From assembly GCA_018714105.1 (NCBI GenBank), contig DVNW01000012.1, positions 38,592-102,591 on the forward strand: a DNA stretch of 64,000 nt. Direction: 5' to 3'. The DNA is from Candidatus Faecicola pullistercoris. Lineage in GTDB: Bacteria; Bacillota; Clostridia; Christensenellales; CAG-917. Position numbers and translations under genes: made by a program. The notes below the pieces were generated by a model. It ran no database searches. It saw only the letters and a list, made by a program, of their open reading frames with translations, and was not told the DNA's origin. This document shows, in pieces, positions 44,886-53,043 of this stretch (positions within the stretch are counted from its first letter, which is position 1; each line of letters opens with the position of its first letter).

Positions 44886-45506
44886 CTATTTCTTGCGAAC
44901 TTCCTCGGCAAGTTTTTTGATTACTGCGGCCGCTTCTTCTATGCCTATGCCGCTGTCGATTGCAAGCGTGTAGTTTTCGGCGGTGCCCCACTTGCGCCCC
45001 GTATAATAATTGTGGTATTTAGCCCTGATCTTGTCCGTTTTGGTTATGGTTGCCGCCGCCTTTTCGGGGCTTACGCCGTAGAAACTGGTTACCCTTTTGA
45101 TTTTAGATTCCATATCGGCGTGTATGAATACGTGTATGGCCTCCTTATATTCTTTTAGCACATAGTCCGAACATCTTCCTACTATTACGGCGCTTCCCTC
45201 GTCGGCAATGCGCTTTATGACCTTGCACTGCATAAGAAACAGTTTGTCGCTCATGGAAAGCTGCAAATCCGCTCCCGAAAACGCGCTGTTGATATATCCG
45301 CCGCCGGGCAGGGAATAAAAGAACCTGTTGGAACTGCGCTCGTCAAGCTGCTCTATGAGGTTTGCGTCGAGATTGCCCTCCGCCGCACTCATCGCGATAA
45401 GTTCTCTGTCATAAAAGGGTATGCCCAGTTCTTCCGCCAGACGCTTGCCTATAAACCTGCCTCCGCTGCCGTACTGACGACCTATGGTGATAATTACCTT
45501 TTTCAT
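44886..45506 (-). CDS. cytidylate kinase-like family protein (P-loop variant)
   Basis: The N-terminus ITIGRQYGSGGRFIGKRLAEELGIPFYDRELI is typical of the cytidylate-kinase-like family. Confidence 0.7.
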   Translation of the reverse strand: MKKVIITIGRQYGSGGRFIGKRLAEELGIPFYDRELIAMSAAEGNLDANLIEQLDERSSNRFFYSLPGGGYINSAFSGADLQLSMSDKLFLMQCKVIKRIADEGSAVIVGRCSDYVLKEYKEAIHVFIHADMESKIKRVTSFYGVSPEKAAATITKTDKIRAKYHNYYTGRKWGTAENYTLAIDSGIGIEEAAAVIKKLAEEVRKK

Positions 45507-45598
45507 AATATTGCCCCCTTTTGTTTTAATACAATTATATTATACCACTTAGTTTTGCCGTTTTCAACAGTTATTTGGTTTTTCGGCCCGCGCTTAAA

Positions 45599-45627
45599 TT
45601 GACGGCGGAGTCCGATTATTATATAAT
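45599..45627 (+). promoter_or_regulatory. sigma70-type promoter for the THUMP methyltransferase gene
   Basis: TTGACG (45599-45604), 17-nt spacer, TATAAT (45622-45627). Confidence 0.6.
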
Positions 45628-45658
45628 ATGTCTATCATTTTGCATGCGAGGACAGGAA

Positions 45659-46801
45659 GTGAGTATTTTTGACGGAAGTATGGATATCGTGCTGGCCGCG
45701 GCCTCAGGCGTCGAAAGCGTGATAAAGCGCGAACTTGTCGCCCTGGGATATCCTCCCGTACCCTCGATAAACGGCCGAATGACTCTTAAAGGCACATTTG
45801 ACGACGTCGTGAAACTTAACCTGCATCTGCGGACGGCCGACAGAGTTTCGGTATGTCTGGGTAAATTCGGAGCGGCGACCTTCGACGAGCTATTCGACGG
45901 GATTTACGGCCTGACATGGAAGGAAATACTGCCCGCAAACGCCAGGATTACGGTTACTGCTAAAAGCGTAAACAGCAAGCTGTTTGCACTCAGCGCGATA
46001 CAGAGCATTGCCAAAAAGGCGATAGCCGAAAACCTGAAAAAGGCTTACCGCCTGCCTGTTTTGCCCGAAACCGGGCCGGAATATAATGTCAACGTATCTG
46101 TTACGGCCGATACCGCAGTTCTGGATCTGAATACCTCGGGCGCGGGCCTGCACAAGCGCGGTTACCGTGTCAAAAACGGCCTGGCACCCATTAAGGAAAC
46201 TCTTGCCGCCGCAATAATCATGCTGTCGGGCTGGACGGCGGACAGGCCTTTTACCGATCCTTTTGCGGGAAGCGGCACTTTTCCTGTCGAAGCCGCGCTG
46301 ATGGCAATGAATATAGCGCCCGGACTTAACCGCAGTTTCGCTTTCGAACAATGGGTGAATTGTCCCGACAGAGCCAAAGCCCTGAAAGCCGAGGCGGCAA
46401 GTATGATTGCAACGCCCGATAAATTAAGGATAAGCGGTTTCGATATAGACGCAAAATCGGTAAAACTTGCCGCGGAACATGCCGCCCTGGCAGGAGTCGG
46501 GGATAAAATCCATTTTCAGAAAGCGGATATGCGTACGCTTTCCTCACGCTATAAAGGCGGCTATATAGTTACCAACCCGCCATACGGCGAAAGGCTTTTG
46601 TCTTATGAGGAGACCTTGGAGCTTTACAGGGATTTCGGAAAAGTGTTCCGCTCGCTCGACGACTGGAATCTGAGTATTATTACGGCTTTCAAAAACTTCG
46701 AAAAGGCTTTCGGCAGAAAAGCCGATAAAAACCGCAAGCTTTATAACTCACAACTGGAATGCAGACTGTATATATACAAATCACGCGGTTTAAATAATTA
46801 A
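45659..46801 (+). CDS. THUMP-domain class I SAM-dependent RNA methyltransferase (RlmL/YpsC-like)
   Basis: Contains DPFAGSGTFPVEAA and the NPPYGERL motif. The start is uncertain: GTG at 45659 (GAGGA RBS 6 nt upstream) or ATG at 45680. The track's start at 45575 lies in the promoter. Confidence 0.82.
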   Translation: MSIFDGSMDIVLAAASGVESVIKRELVALGYPPVPSINGRMTLKGTFDDVVKLNLHLRTADRVSVCLGKFGAATFDELFDGIYGLTWKEILPANARITVTAKSVNSKLFALSAIQSIAKKAIAENLKKAYRLPVLPETGPEYNVNVSVTADTAVLDLNTSGAGLHKRGYRVKNGLAPIKETLAAAIIMLSGWTADRPFTDPFAGSGTFPVEAALMAMNIAPGLNRSFAFEQWVNCPDRAKALKAEAASMIATPDKLRISGFDIDAKSVKLAAEHAALAGVGDKIHFQKADMRTLSSRYKGGYIVTNPPYGERLLSYEETLELYRDFGKVFRSLDDWNLSIITAFKNFEKAFGRKADKNRKLYNSQLECRLYIYKSRGLNN

Positions 46802-46826
46802 AAAGGACGTTTAAACGTCCTTTTTA
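46800..46826. terminator. bidirectional intrinsic terminator
   Basis: Stem ggacg (46805-46809) pairs with cgtcc (46816-20), flanked by AAAA and TTTTT. It sits between the convergent methyltransferase and oadB-operon ends. Confidence 0.85.
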
Positions 46827-46828
46827 AA

Positions 46829-47008
46829 TTACCAGTCTTCCTTCGACGACAGTTTTACGTCGTCGTAAAACTCTTTGTAACGGCTTTTGAAACGGTTTTT
46901 TCCGTCCATATACCGCTCGCTTTTTTCAAGATTGTTTTCGTAGCTTTCGCTCTCTCCGCTCTCTTTGCGGCTTATCTTTTTTATAGCCTCGCTTCTGGCG
47001 TCTTTCAT
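46829..47008 (-). CDS. candidate small protein (59 aa, Lys/Glu/Ser-rich), not in the ORF track
   Basis: My own translation gives MKDARSEAIKKISRKESGESESYENNLEKSERYMDGKNRFKSRYKEFYDDVKLSSKEDW. Its ATG overlaps the upstream stop (ATGA at 47005-47008), and its stop abuts the terminator. Confidence 0.45.
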   Translation of the reverse strand: MKDARSEAIKKISRKESGESESYENNLEKSERYMDGKNRFKSRYKEFYDDVKLSSKEDW

Positions 47009-47247
47009 TGCTTGTCTTCCCCGGCCTTCTTCTTTTTGCCCGAAGTAAACTTGTTAAGCAGTTTGATTGCGACGTAAAGTATGCCCATTACTATAAATAT
47101 TGCCAGCAACCCTTTTCCCATTACGGTAAAAGTATCTTTGGGAGAGGCTTTCCCCGACGTGTCTTCAGGGGGCGTTGAGGTAGTGCTTTCGGTATTTTCG
47201 CTTTGAGCGTATGCAGCTTGAATAAACTCGTTATAATTTATTTTCAT
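47005..47247 (-). CDS. OadG-like small membrane subunit
   Basis: 80 aa with a single transmembrane helix (GLLAIFIVMGILYVAIKLL) and a Lys-rich tail. GGAGGTG RBS. It lies directly after oadB. Confidence 0.55.
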   Translation of the reverse strand: MKINYNEFIQAAYAQSENTESTTSTPPEDTSGKASPKDTFTVMGKGLLAIFIVMGILYVAIKLLNKFTSGKKKKAGEDKQ

Positions 47248-47257
47248 ATCGCACCTC

Positions 47258-48394
47258 CTACAGCATTGCCGGTATTAACTGAAGTATTACGCCGCCGGCT
47301 ATTACGGACGCAACCTGCCCCGATACGTTCGCGCCTACCGCGTGCATCAGCAAGTGGTTGCTGGGGTCGGCTTCCAGCCCCATTTTCTGTATTACTCTGG
47401 CCGACATGGGAAAGGCCGATATGCCCGCCGCGCCTATCATAGGATTCATCTTTTTCTTGCTGAACAGATTGATGACCTTGGCGAATACGACGCCGCCGAT
47501 AGTATCGAATATAAACGCCATAAGACCAAGAAGCATTATGAGAATGGTGTTCCACTGTATAAAGTTTTCAGCCTTCATGCTGGCGGCTATCGTTATGCCG
47601 AGAAGAAGAGTGACAAGGTTGGCAAGAACCTTCTGCGCCGTTTCGGACAGATTGTCAAGTACGCCGCACTCTCTTATCAGGTTGCCGAACATCAAAAATC
47701 CTACTAGAGATATGCTGGACGGAGCTATCATACCGGCTATTATGGTTACTATTATCGGGAAGAGTATCTTAGTGAGTTTGGATACGCTCTCGGGCTTGTA
47801 TTCCATCTTGATTGCTCTTTCCTTTTTGGTTGTTACCAGTTTGATTGCTACGGGCTGTATTATGGGAACCAAGGCCATATAGCTGTACGCCGCAACGGCT
47901 ATCGCACCGATATAGTTGGATTTCAATACCTGTGAAACCAACAGCGACGTGGGGCCGTCTGCCGCGCCTATTATACCTATGGAAGCGGCGTCTTTAAGGT
48001 CAAATCCGAAAAGCCCGGCAAGCACGATGGTTAAAAATATACCGAACTGCGCCGCACCGCCGAAGAACAGCAGTTTGGGGTTGGAAAGCAAGGGACCGAA
48101 GTCTATCATCGCGCCGATACCTATAAACAGTAAAAGCGGCAACGCCTCGGACGCCTCTATGCCTATCTCAAACAGCCAGTCTATTATACCGGCTACCGCG
48201 CCTATCCCCGCTACTTCCTGATTTATAGCGCCGGAAGAAGGCAGATTGACGAGTATCGCGCCAAATCCCATCGGCAGCAACAGCGCGGGTTCCATTTCCT
48301 TTTTTATGGCAAGAAATATCAGTAACGCGCCTATTAACCACATCGCTACCTGTTGCCAGGTAAGCTCGGTAAAGGATTCCCATAAAAAGTCCAT
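47258..48394 (-). CDS. oadB: sodium ion-translocating decarboxylase, beta subunit
   Basis: A 378-aa polytopic protein. The N-terminus ...LTWQQVAMWLIGALLIFLAIKKEMEPALLLPMGFGAILVNLP is typical of OadB/GcdB/MmdB. Confidence 0.88.
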   Translation of the reverse strand: MDFLWESFTELTWQQVAMWLIGALLIFLAIKKEMEPALLLPMGFGAILVNLPSSGAINQEVAGIGAVAGIIDWLFEIGIEASEALPLLLFIGIGAMIDFGPLLSNPKLLFFGGAAQFGIFLTIVLAGLFGFDLKDAASIGIIGAADGPTSLLVSQVLKSNYIGAIAVAAYSYMALVPIIQPVAIKLVTTKKERAIKMEYKPESVSKLTKILFPIIVTIIAGMIAPSSISLVGFLMFGNLIRECGVLDNLSETAQKVLANLVTLLLGITIAASMKAENFIQWNTILIMLLGLMAFIFDTIGGVVFAKVINLFSKKKMNPMIGAAGISAFPMSARVIQKMGLEADPSNHLLMHAVGANVSGQVASVIAGGVILQLIPAML

Positions 48395-48488
48395 ATTGTT
48401 CCTCCGTCAGAATAATGCTTTTTTTAACTTTTTTATTATATCAAATCGCCGTCCGTTTAACAACAATAATAAAGTAATTTTTATAGAT

Positions 48489-48516
48489 AAAAAGGATACC
48501 GTCGGGTATCCTTTTT
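48489..48516 (-). terminator. intrinsic terminator after the PAP2 gene
   Basis: Stem ggatacc (48494-48500) pairs with ggtatcc (48505-48511), flanked by an A-run and a T-run. Confidence 0.8.
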
Positions 48517-48517
48517 A

Positions 48518-49477
48518 TTACAATTTGATTTTTTTGAATATAGCCGGCCACCCTGCCGCCGCAAAAACACCTATCATTGCGTATCTTATCGCCCCGAAAA
48601 CGCACTCTGCGGCTATGCCCTGCTCGGGCATCACGGCGTCGAACAACGCTTTGACGCCAAGCCGTATTCCCATGACTACGGCAAATCCTATCACTACACG
48701 CAAAACGCGTTTCCACCATACGCCGCCCACGTCGAATTTGATGTACTTTTCCTCTATCAGCAGCCCGCCTATTCCGCCTGCCGCCGTACCCAGCATTTTT
48801 GCGGTATCGGGAAGGCTGTTGATATCCTTACCTACGCTGTAAAGTATTATTTCGAGTATAAGTGTGGCCGCAAGTATGCCCAGACATATAAAGTAAAGCA
48901 TAAACCGCTTGGAATAATCCCGGTTAAGCACTTTTACCACCAGAAACGCCGTGCCTATACCTAGAGCCGCGCCGACTATGGTATCCGTAGGATAATGCAC
49001 GCCCAGATATACCCGGCTCATCATAACCAATACCACTAGCACGAAACTGAGTATCAGATATTTTTTCCTGCCCGACAAAAGCCCCAGCGTGGGAAACATT
49101 GCGCCCGTCGTCTGGCTGTGTCCGCTCGGAAAGGAAAAGCTGTTTTCCAGATGGACGGTGTCCACGAACACGTTGTCCATCCGGACATATCTCAGATCGG
49201 CAAAATCAGGGTTTAAAAAAGGGCGATAGCGCATTACGCAGCTTTTGACCAACCCGTTCACGCTGACCGCGCCGAACATAGACAGCAGCATGTACTGCGC
49301 CGTCTTTTTGTTAAGCGCCCAGTAAAAAACAAATACCAGCGCGAGAATAAACATTTCCTCGCACATAAAAGTACAGGCGGCAAAAAACACGTCGGTAATC
49401 TTGTTCCACACGCTTCCCTCCGTGCCTCCCAGCCACTGTACCGTTCGGGTTAAAAAGTGATCTATACGGTAAATCAT
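48518..49477 (-). CDS. PAP2-family phosphatase with an extra C-terminal membrane domain
   Basis: PAP2 motifs KSCVMRYRP, PSGHS and SRVYLGVHYPTD, followed by about 130 aa containing further transmembrane helices. Confidence 0.8.
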   Translation of the reverse strand: MIYRIDHFLTRTVQWLGGTEGSVWNKITDVFFAACTFMCEEMFILALVFVFYWALNKKTAQYMLLSMFGAVSVNGLVKSCVMRYRPFLNPDFADLRYVRMDNVFVDTVHLENSFSFPSGHSQTTGAMFPTLGLLSGRKKYLILSFVLVVLVMMSRVYLGVHYPTDTIVGAALGIGTAFLVVKVLNRDYSKRFMLYFICLGILAATLILEIILYSVGKDINSLPDTAKMLGTAAGGIGGLLIEEKYIKFDVGGVWWKRVLRVVIGFAVVMGIRLGVKALFDAVMPEQGIAAECVFGAIRYAMIGVFAAAGWPAIFKKIKL

Positions 49478-49508
49478 GATTTTTTCTTAAGTGCTCGGCA
49501 AGCGTTAA

Positions 49509-50081
49509 TTATTTGCTGCGCTCCACCTTGGGGATTCCTCCGTAGCTTTCGGTGTACGCGGGAAGATATTTTTCAAGTAAAGCTATGGCTTCGGCTACGG
49601 TTGCCGCGCCGAAAATTTTATCCTCTTCGATATCGGTGCGCTTTCTGTTGTCAAGCCGTTGCCCCGCAAGACGGTTGCTCCAACCTTCTACGCACGTCAT
49701 TCCTATTATAAGCCTGCGCATTGCCCACGCGTTGGCTATTTCGGAAAGAGTGCCGCTTCCGCCGCCTACCGCTATTACCGCGCTCGCGGACGCCACTATG
49801 GTATTACGGTAAAGATCGAGCCCCGTGGGTATTACTATATCCGCATATTCGTTGGCGTGCGTAATGTCGAATGAAGGAAGTATGGCAACAGTGTCGCCTT
49901 CTCTGTATTTTTCGGAAGCGTGAGCTCCTCTGAACGCCGCTTTCATAATACCTTTAAGGCCTCCCGACTGTATACGGTATCCCGCGTCGACAAGCGCTTT
50001 GCCAAGTTCGAAGGCGGTCTGTTCCTTTACGCCGCCTTCCTCGATCATTCCGTCGCCTATTACTGCTATGATTTTTCTCAT
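49509..50081 (-). CDS. TIGR00725/LOG (SLOG)-family Rossmann protein
   Basis: Contains IAVIGDG...SGGLKGIMKAAFRGA...AVGGGSGTLSEIANAW. Confidence 0.7.
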   Translation of the reverse strand: MRKIIAVIGDGMIEEGGVKEQTAFELGKALVDAGYRIQSGGLKGIMKAAFRGAHASEKYREGDTVAILPSFDITHANEYADIVIPTGLDLYRNTIVASASAVIAVGGGSGTLSEIANAWAMRRLIIGMTCVEGWSNRLAGQRLDNRKRTDIEEDKIFGAATVAEAIALLEKYLPAYTESYGGIPKVERSK

Positions 50082-50155
50082 TACTGCTCCTTAATAATTT
50101 ATAGTATGTATATTATATGTATTATACAATATATTAGTGCGTATTTCCGAACGTT

Positions 50156-51589
50156 TTATGCCTGCGACTCCGCTTCTGCGCAAGCGGCTCCGGTCTGATT
50201 TCTGCGCTCGGCCAGCTCTGCGGTAATCTGCTTCTTTTTGCCGCCTACAAGATCGTAGAAGAATATCGGTATTGCCGCAAGAAGACTTGTGATGCCCGGC
50301 ACCGCGGTGTACGTGAAGAATACCCCGTTCTTGATAGCGGGCTCGATAGAGGATGCGTCCGCGATACTTTCGTAACCGAACGCGCCCACAAGTATGAGCG
50401 CCAGCGCCGTGCCCATGGCAAGCGTTACTTTAATTGCAAAACTGAGTACGGCATAGGCAACGCCTTCGGTACGTCTGCCCGTCTTCCACTCGTAATAGTC
50501 GACGCTGTCGGCAACCATAATCATGGGCATTATGTTTACCGCGCCGAACTGCAAGCCCAGCAGGAAAAGCGTGGCAAGCATTACTATCATATTGTAATTT
50601 GAAGCCACGGTTGCGAAATACGATACGAAGGATATTACAAATCCGTAAACCGACATGCCTATAAACACCTTCTTTTCGTCGAATTTTTTGATAAGCAAAG
50701 GCGTCATGGCCATGGATATCATAGTGCCTGCGGCAGTGGTTATGCCTAAAATTATAATTTTTGAAGGCGTCCCGAAAATAACGGTCGAAGCCTGAACCTG
50801 TATGGCCATGGCTCCCTGCCTTGCAAAGCCCAGAAAATACGATACGAGTACCAAAACAAGAGGTTTGTTGCCTTTAAGCGCGCCGAACATCTCTTTAAAG
50901 GTCATTTTTTCGGCCTGATAAGGCACGCGTTCCTTATTGAAAAAGCATATCATGGAAAGCATGGCGCATCCTACGACGGCTATAAATATCGCGCTTACCA
51001 GATATTCCGCAGACGACATGTATCCGGGATTGAAACCGTCGAGTCCGCCCGGTATTATCCAGGCTATTACGGGCACTACCACGTAAGGAGCCGCCTGCCC
51101 TATGGACTTGAAAGTGTTGGCTATCGAAAGCACGTTGGTTCGCTCGGTAATATCGGGCGTGAGTACGGCAGCTATCCCCTGCGACGGAACGTCGCCCAGC
51201 GTCATGGCCATGCTCCACAGAGTGAACAGCACGAATATGATTATATACATGGGCACGCCGCTTACGGGAAGCTTGACAAAACACAATATGGTAAGCACTA
51301 TCAGAAAAGGTATGGACCAGAATATGAAAGGCTTTAATTTACCGTGTTTGCCTCCGGTCTGCTTTTCGATCATATTGCCCACAACGGGATCGAAAACCGC
51401 GCTTACAACCTTGGCGACAAGAAGTATCACGCCTACTATTGCAATATTCGCACCCATCGTACGGCTGTAAAACTCGGCGGCGTACGAGTTGATATAAAAT
51501 ATTACCGCCTGAAAGCCGAAAAGGCCGATTGAATAAGACAGTATTTCCTTTAAGGACATGTGTTTGGTATAAGTTTTTTCTTTGGCCAT
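50156..51589 (-). CDS. GPH-family sugar:cation symporter (second paralog)
   Basis: A 12-transmembrane profile with DPVVGNMIEKQTGGKHGKLKPF (the GPH D-x-x-G...G-K-x-R/K-P motif). Confidence 0.85.
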   Translation of the reverse strand: MAKEKTYTKHMSLKEILSYSIGLFGFQAVIFYINSYAAEFYSRTMGANIAIVGVILLVAKVVSAVFDPVVGNMIEKQTGGKHGKLKPFIFWSIPFLIVLTILCFVKLPVSGVPMYIIIFVLFTLWSMAMTLGDVPSQGIAAVLTPDITERTNVLSIANTFKSIGQAAPYVVVPVIAWIIPGGLDGFNPGYMSSAEYLVSAIFIAVVGCAMLSMICFFNKERVPYQAEKMTFKEMFGALKGNKPLVLVLVSYFLGFARQGAMAIQVQASTVIFGTPSKIIILGITTAAGTMISMAMTPLLIKKFDEKKVFIGMSVYGFVISFVSYFATVASNYNMIVMLATLFLLGLQFGAVNIMPMIMVADSVDYYEWKTGRRTEGVAYAVLSFAIKVTLAMGTALALILVGAFGYESIADASSIEPAIKNGVFFTYTAVPGITSLLAAIPIFFYDLVGGKKKQITAELAERRNQTGAACAEAESQA

Positions 51590-51663
51590 AATTAAAAATC
51601 TCCTAACAGATTAATTTTATCAACACATTTCGCTTATTGTCAATTATTATTGAAAATTAGTAA

Positions 51664-51691
51664 AATAAAAACCCGCTTATGCGGGTTTTTA
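51664..51691 (-). terminator. intrinsic terminator after the XRE regulator gene
   Basis: Stem acccgc (51671-51676) pairs with gcgggt (51681-51686), flanked by an A-run and a T-run. Confidence 0.85.
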
Positions 51692-51709
51692 CCAATCCTC
51701 CGTTAAGGC

Positions 51710-51928
51710 TTATTCTTTTTTAGCTTCGGCATCTTTGTCGTATCCGATGATTTCGTCAATAGTTACGCCGAAAAACTTCGCCATCGTGATAAGATGCTTG
51801 ATACTGGGCTCCGCCTTTTCCAATTCCCAGACGCTGATAGTGGTGTTATCAACGCCGAACAGCTTTGCAAAATCTTGCTGAGTAATTTTTTTAGCCTTTC
51901 TAAGCTGTCTGATGTTCGCTCCGTACAT
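51710..51928 (-). CDS. small XRE-family HTH transcriptional regulator
   Basis: 72 aa. Contains IRQLRKAKKITQQDFAKLFGVDNTTISVWE. GGAGG RBS. Confidence 0.85.
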   Translation of the reverse strand: MYGANIRQLRKAKKITQQDFAKLFGVDNTTISVWELEKAEPSIKHLITMAKFFGVTIDEIIGYDKDAEAKKE

Positions 51929-52040
51929 GAATGTACCTCCTATGATTTTACGATTTACCCCTCGTAATTGTTGCAGTTAAATTTACGCCGAGCATATCCT
52001 CCCCACCACTTTCATATAAAGATTATACTCGAAATACCCT

Positions 52041-52070
52041 TTAAAGTAAACCGAATTTTAAAAAATTCGG
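52041..52070 (-). terminator. hairpin after the pilin cassette
   Basis: Stem ccgaattt (52051-52058) pairs with aaattcgg (52063-52070). The minus-strand tail is TTTACTTT. Confidence 0.55.
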
Positions 52071-52075
52071 CGTAA

Positions 52076-52657
52076 TCAGTATATCTCGAGTTTAGTGCCC
52101 GAAATCGTATTGCCCGCCTCAGAAGCTCCCGCACCTTTGACGATACCGTTTTCGCGGGACAGGTTGAGCAGCAAAGGCGCGGCGCTTACCTCGTTACCTC
52201 CTACGTTGACCGTAATGATAAGTATATCGAAAATATCCGAGGTGTTGTCCGATTTTTGGGCCTTGAAAGACAAACTTATATCATAGTTGCCGTAAAGCGC
52301 GAAAATACTGGCGTCGTCGTCCGCTATACCGAAATATTCGGCGTCTCCTTTTTTAAGAACTACCTTTTCGGCATACGTGCCGCTACCCAGAGCAGACGCG
52401 TAAATCGTATTGGCGGAAGGCCTGGCGCCGCCCGCGCCGATTATGGTTATGTTTTCGCACTTGCGTACCTCGGCCTCTACGTTTTTAAGAACGATATTGG
52501 CTATTTCGGTCGAATTGATAAGCTGACGTCCTTTGGAGTACATATCTGTCGAACTTGTCATCAGAAGCGTTGTGGTAAGCGCAAGTATGCCCATAATAGC
52601 TATAACTATCGTGAGCTCTATAAGCGTAAAACCTTTTTTGCTTTTTAACAGTTTCAT
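52076..52657 (-). CDS. type IV pilin-like protein (prepilin-type N-terminal cleavage/methylation signal)
   Basis: MKLLKSKKG|FTLIELTIVIAIMGILAL is a class III signal with Glu at +5. 193 aa. Confidence 0.85.
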   Translation of the reverse strand: MKLLKSKKGFTLIELTIVIAIMGILALTTTLLMTSSTDMYSKGRQLINSTEIANIVLKNVEAEVRKCENITIIGAGGARPSANTIYASALGSGTYAEKVVLKKGDAEYFGIADDDASIFALYGNYDISLSFKAQKSDNTSDIFDILIITVNVGGNEVSAAPLLLNLSRENGIVKGAGASEAGNTISGTKLEIY

Positions 52658-52658
52658 T

Positions 52659-53027
52659 TTACTCCTCGTCGGGTACGAAAGTTACGTATTCGTTGCCGTG
52701 CGCGTCGGTATAAGTATAGTAGGTGCCCGTTACTTCAACATCCTGATAACTGCCGTCGGGCATCTGGAATTTAAAAGTATACGTGCCCGTTTCTTCTGTA
52801 AGCGTGCCCGCATAATCGCTCGGCTTGTTCTGAGAAACGAGTACGACGGTGGAATCCGAAGCGGATTTTAAGTCTTCGTTGCCGCGCTGAATGTTGGTAA
52901 ATCCGGTACTGAACATAGTGTATGCCATAAGCCCGATAATCGCAAGCATGGCAACCGCGACAATACACTCTACAAGCGTTACGCCTTTCTTACCGAGAAG
53001 GTATTTTTTACGTTTTGACTTAAACAT
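52659..53027 (-). CDS. minor pilin-like protein (prepilin-type signal)
   Basis: MFKSKRKKYLLGKKG|VTLVECIVAVAMLAIIGL has Glu at +5. 122 aa. A 1-nt gap to the next gene. Confidence 0.8.
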   Translation of the reverse strand: MFKSKRKKYLLGKKGVTLVECIVAVAMLAIIGLMAYTMFSTGFTNIQRGNEDLKSASDSTVVLVSQNKPSDYAGTLTEETGTYTFKFQMPDGSYQDVEVTGTYYTYTDAHGNEYVTFVPDEE

Positions 53028-53043
53028 ATAATATCACCCTCCC

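Noticed and set aside
51710-51928. The 72-aa XRE protein as the antitoxin of a toxin-antitoxin pair
   Set aside because: It is monocistronic, with its own promoter-like element and its own terminator. There is no adjacent small toxin-like ORF on either side.
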